64,000 nt of DNA from Gammaproteobacteria bacterium (GTDB taxonomy: Bacteria > Pseudomonadota > Gammaproteobacteria > Ga0077536): positions 2,464,001-2,528,000 of the forward strand of contig CAXXLL010000003.1 of NCBI GenBank assembly GCA_963662545.2, given 5' to 3'. Below, piece by piece: positions 62,276 through 64,000 of this stretch; within the stretch, counting starts at the first letter, position 1; each line of letters starts with the position of its first letter. A program made the position numbers and the translations under genes. A model generated the notes under the pieces. The model made no database searches. It saw only the letters and a program-made list of their open reading frames with translations, and was not told where the DNA came from.

Positions 62276-63223
62276 ATGAGTGATTTCATCGCGCGCAAGG
62301 ATCACCTGGAATGCCTGATAGCTGAGTGGGAAAGCTTTGCGACGCCCACAGCTGACAAGCACGCTCCACAGCAAACGTACCTGGCCGACTTGAAGCAAAC
62401 GCGCTTGGTTGCGTTAAAAAAGGAGCTTGCCGGGATAGAGCGGCGTGAACGCCGGTCTCGGAAACCCCGCGCCGGCAAGCACCGCCGCCCCGCAGACGCC
62501 GGGGAAGAGGGAACTTTCATAGCACCGGATTTCCAGGAGAGTTTTTTCGCCTATCCAAAGGCCATGCGCAGGCTGAAGACACGATTGAAAGCGACGAGGG
62601 AGGAATTAGCGGCTTGGGTGTTTTTAGGGCCGGCACTGGGCGGAGTCACGGCCTACGTGAATGTCGATGAGGAGGAACCGCCGAAGCTCTTCAATTACTA
62701 CCCCCCCAGGGCTGGCTGGGACTATTGTGCGCCGCTGATGGTTTGTTGGTTTATCCGGGAAGAGGTAGTCAACTTTAAGCCAAGCAAGCGGTACATAACG
62801 GGCAGCGTACTCATCGAGCGCTGGCACAAGTATGAGGACATCGATCCGGCAGAATTCATCGGTGCCCAGATCAACAAAGGACGTTTAAGCGATATCCACC
62901 CTATTAAAGGCCACACCCAGGGGGGCATGGGCATGCTGGGGAACGATGCGTATCCTCCGCTGGAAAGCGGTCTTTTCGCAGTCTCTGAAATAGAAGCGAT
63001 CGAGGAGACTTATTTCGACACGGGCGCAGCAGACGGGCCAGCAAAAGATCCGGGACGCTTGAATCACGATCTTGAGCTTCAAGCTCGTGCAAACGAAATT
63101 GCAAAAGATCTAAAGGAAAAGCGCAAACGGGACGTAACCAGAAATGACGTCGCAAAGCATTTGGCCGAGGAGTGTGGTCTTACTGAAGCCACGGTCGTGC
63201 GCAGGATACGGAAGAAGTGGTAG
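62276..63223 (+). CDS. Hypothetical protein with C-terminal HTH-like segment
   Basis: Long open frame; N-terminal coiled coil; C-terminal VAKHLAEECGLTEATVVRRI; typical position upstream of alpA. Confidence 0.7.
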   Translation: MSDFIARKDHLECLIAEWESFATPTADKHAPQQTYLADLKQTRLVALKKELAGIERRERRSRKPRAGKHRRPADAGEEGTFIAPDFQESFFAYPKAMRRLKTRLKATREELAAWVFLGPALGGVTAYVNVDEEEPPKLFNYYPPRAGWDYCAPLMVCWFIREEVVNFKPSKRYITGSVLIERWHKYEDIDPAEFIGAQINKGRLSDIHPIKGHTQGGMGMLGNDAYPPLESGLFAVSEIEAIEETYFDTGAADGPAKDPGRLNHDLELQARANEIAKDLKEKRKRDVTRNDVAKHLAEECGLTEATVVRRIRKKW

Positions 63224-63369
63224 AGCCACGTAAATAATTCCGTGTAACTGCTCATTCACAGCGGTCCCGGCCGGCGCTCAGGTCAGGGAACTCGAACACA
63301 AAGCGATTCAGCGCGCCTGTCCAATGTCAGATGGGTATGGTTCCCTTGCTTTGCGTCGCCATCGGTCGC

Positions 63370-63625
63370 CAGACATCACTTTCAGCACCGCCTGGTCCTG
63401 TGGAAACACCTTTCGGTTTCTACGGCCTCGCAGATCACACGGTTCAATGACTCGATCGCGTTGGTGGTATCAATCACCATATGGATGTCTTCGGGGTCAT
63501 CGAACAACGTGAGCAGGTTCGCCCAATAGCGTGTCCGGTTTTGCCCGAGGGCCGGATATCGTTGAGCTTTGAACTCGTTACGAGTGACTAACGCCTGCCT
63601 GTCGAGATCGCGGGCCAACGCTGCC
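63370..63625 (-). mobile_element. Degenerate IS256 family remnant
   Basis: W..LLTLFDDPEDIHMVIDTTNAIESLN. Confidence 0.75.
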
Positions 63626-63867
63626 ATGTCTGGTGGCCTCTCGGTCGTGCTCATCGTCCATCGCCGTATCCATTGAGGCGGTGTGTCCAAGCGCCGTTAC
63701 ACCATTTGAATTCCAGTCTGTCGTGGTGAAACGGTTGATTGCCTAACTACCTAAAGTGCCTAAATAGCTCGTTGTATTCGCAGGGAAAAGGCAAGAGCGA
63801 ATAGGTTCCGCCTATTTACGGCCTCGGCTGTAATAGGCGGTGTCAAGAACACCTAAGAGTTGTCAAC

Positions 63868-64000
63868 ATGCCGATTAGCATCCTGAGACTTCCCGCCGTC
63901 AAGGCCCGTACCGGACTTTCTCGCAGCACGATTTATCTCCGCATATCAGAAGGCAATTTCCCAAAGCCCATATCCCTGGGCGGCCGCGCCGTCGGCTGGG
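63868..64000 (+). CDS. alpA: AlpA family regulator/excisionase (runs off window)
   Basis: ILRLPAVKARTGLSRSTIYLRISEGNFPKPISLGGRAVGW. Confidence 0.95.
   Translation, partial: MPISILRLPAVKARTGLSRSTIYLRISEGNFPKPISLGGRAVGW

Overview
The window looks like the interior of a heavily rearranged genomic island, probably from a gammaproteobacterium (TonB-dependent receptor, TPR/TonB-C proteins, VPLPA-CTERM protein). It begins in the 3' end of a P4-like tyrosine integrase gene and ends in an AlpA gene, and it has two internal tRNA 3'-half att scars (tRNA-Sec, tRNA-Phe). About 0.8-54 kb is a mosaic of single catabolic genes or gene fragments (amidohydrolases, alpha/beta hydrolases, isochorismatase, LLM oxidoreductases, a tetracycline-destructase-like FAD monooxygenase, Rieske alpha fragment, hydantoinase fragment, iorAB, PPOX, cupins). 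These are interleaved with IS3, IS481, IS6, IS21 (x3), IS4, IS256, ISNCY and many IS91/ISCR remnants and oriIS-like ends. Three features stand out. (1) Five 71-75 bp multi-hairpin elements are inserted without target duplication, and only in IS91/ISCR transposase remnants. (2) A 5.0 kb element (56218-61235) has IS1595-like ends, an 8-bp target duplication and no cognate transposase. (3) Its largely non-coding cargo holds repeated Xer/dif-like sites, a ~145 bp module present three times (third copy just outside the element) and GGCACA iterons. All calls come from reading the sequence by eye; no database searches were run.
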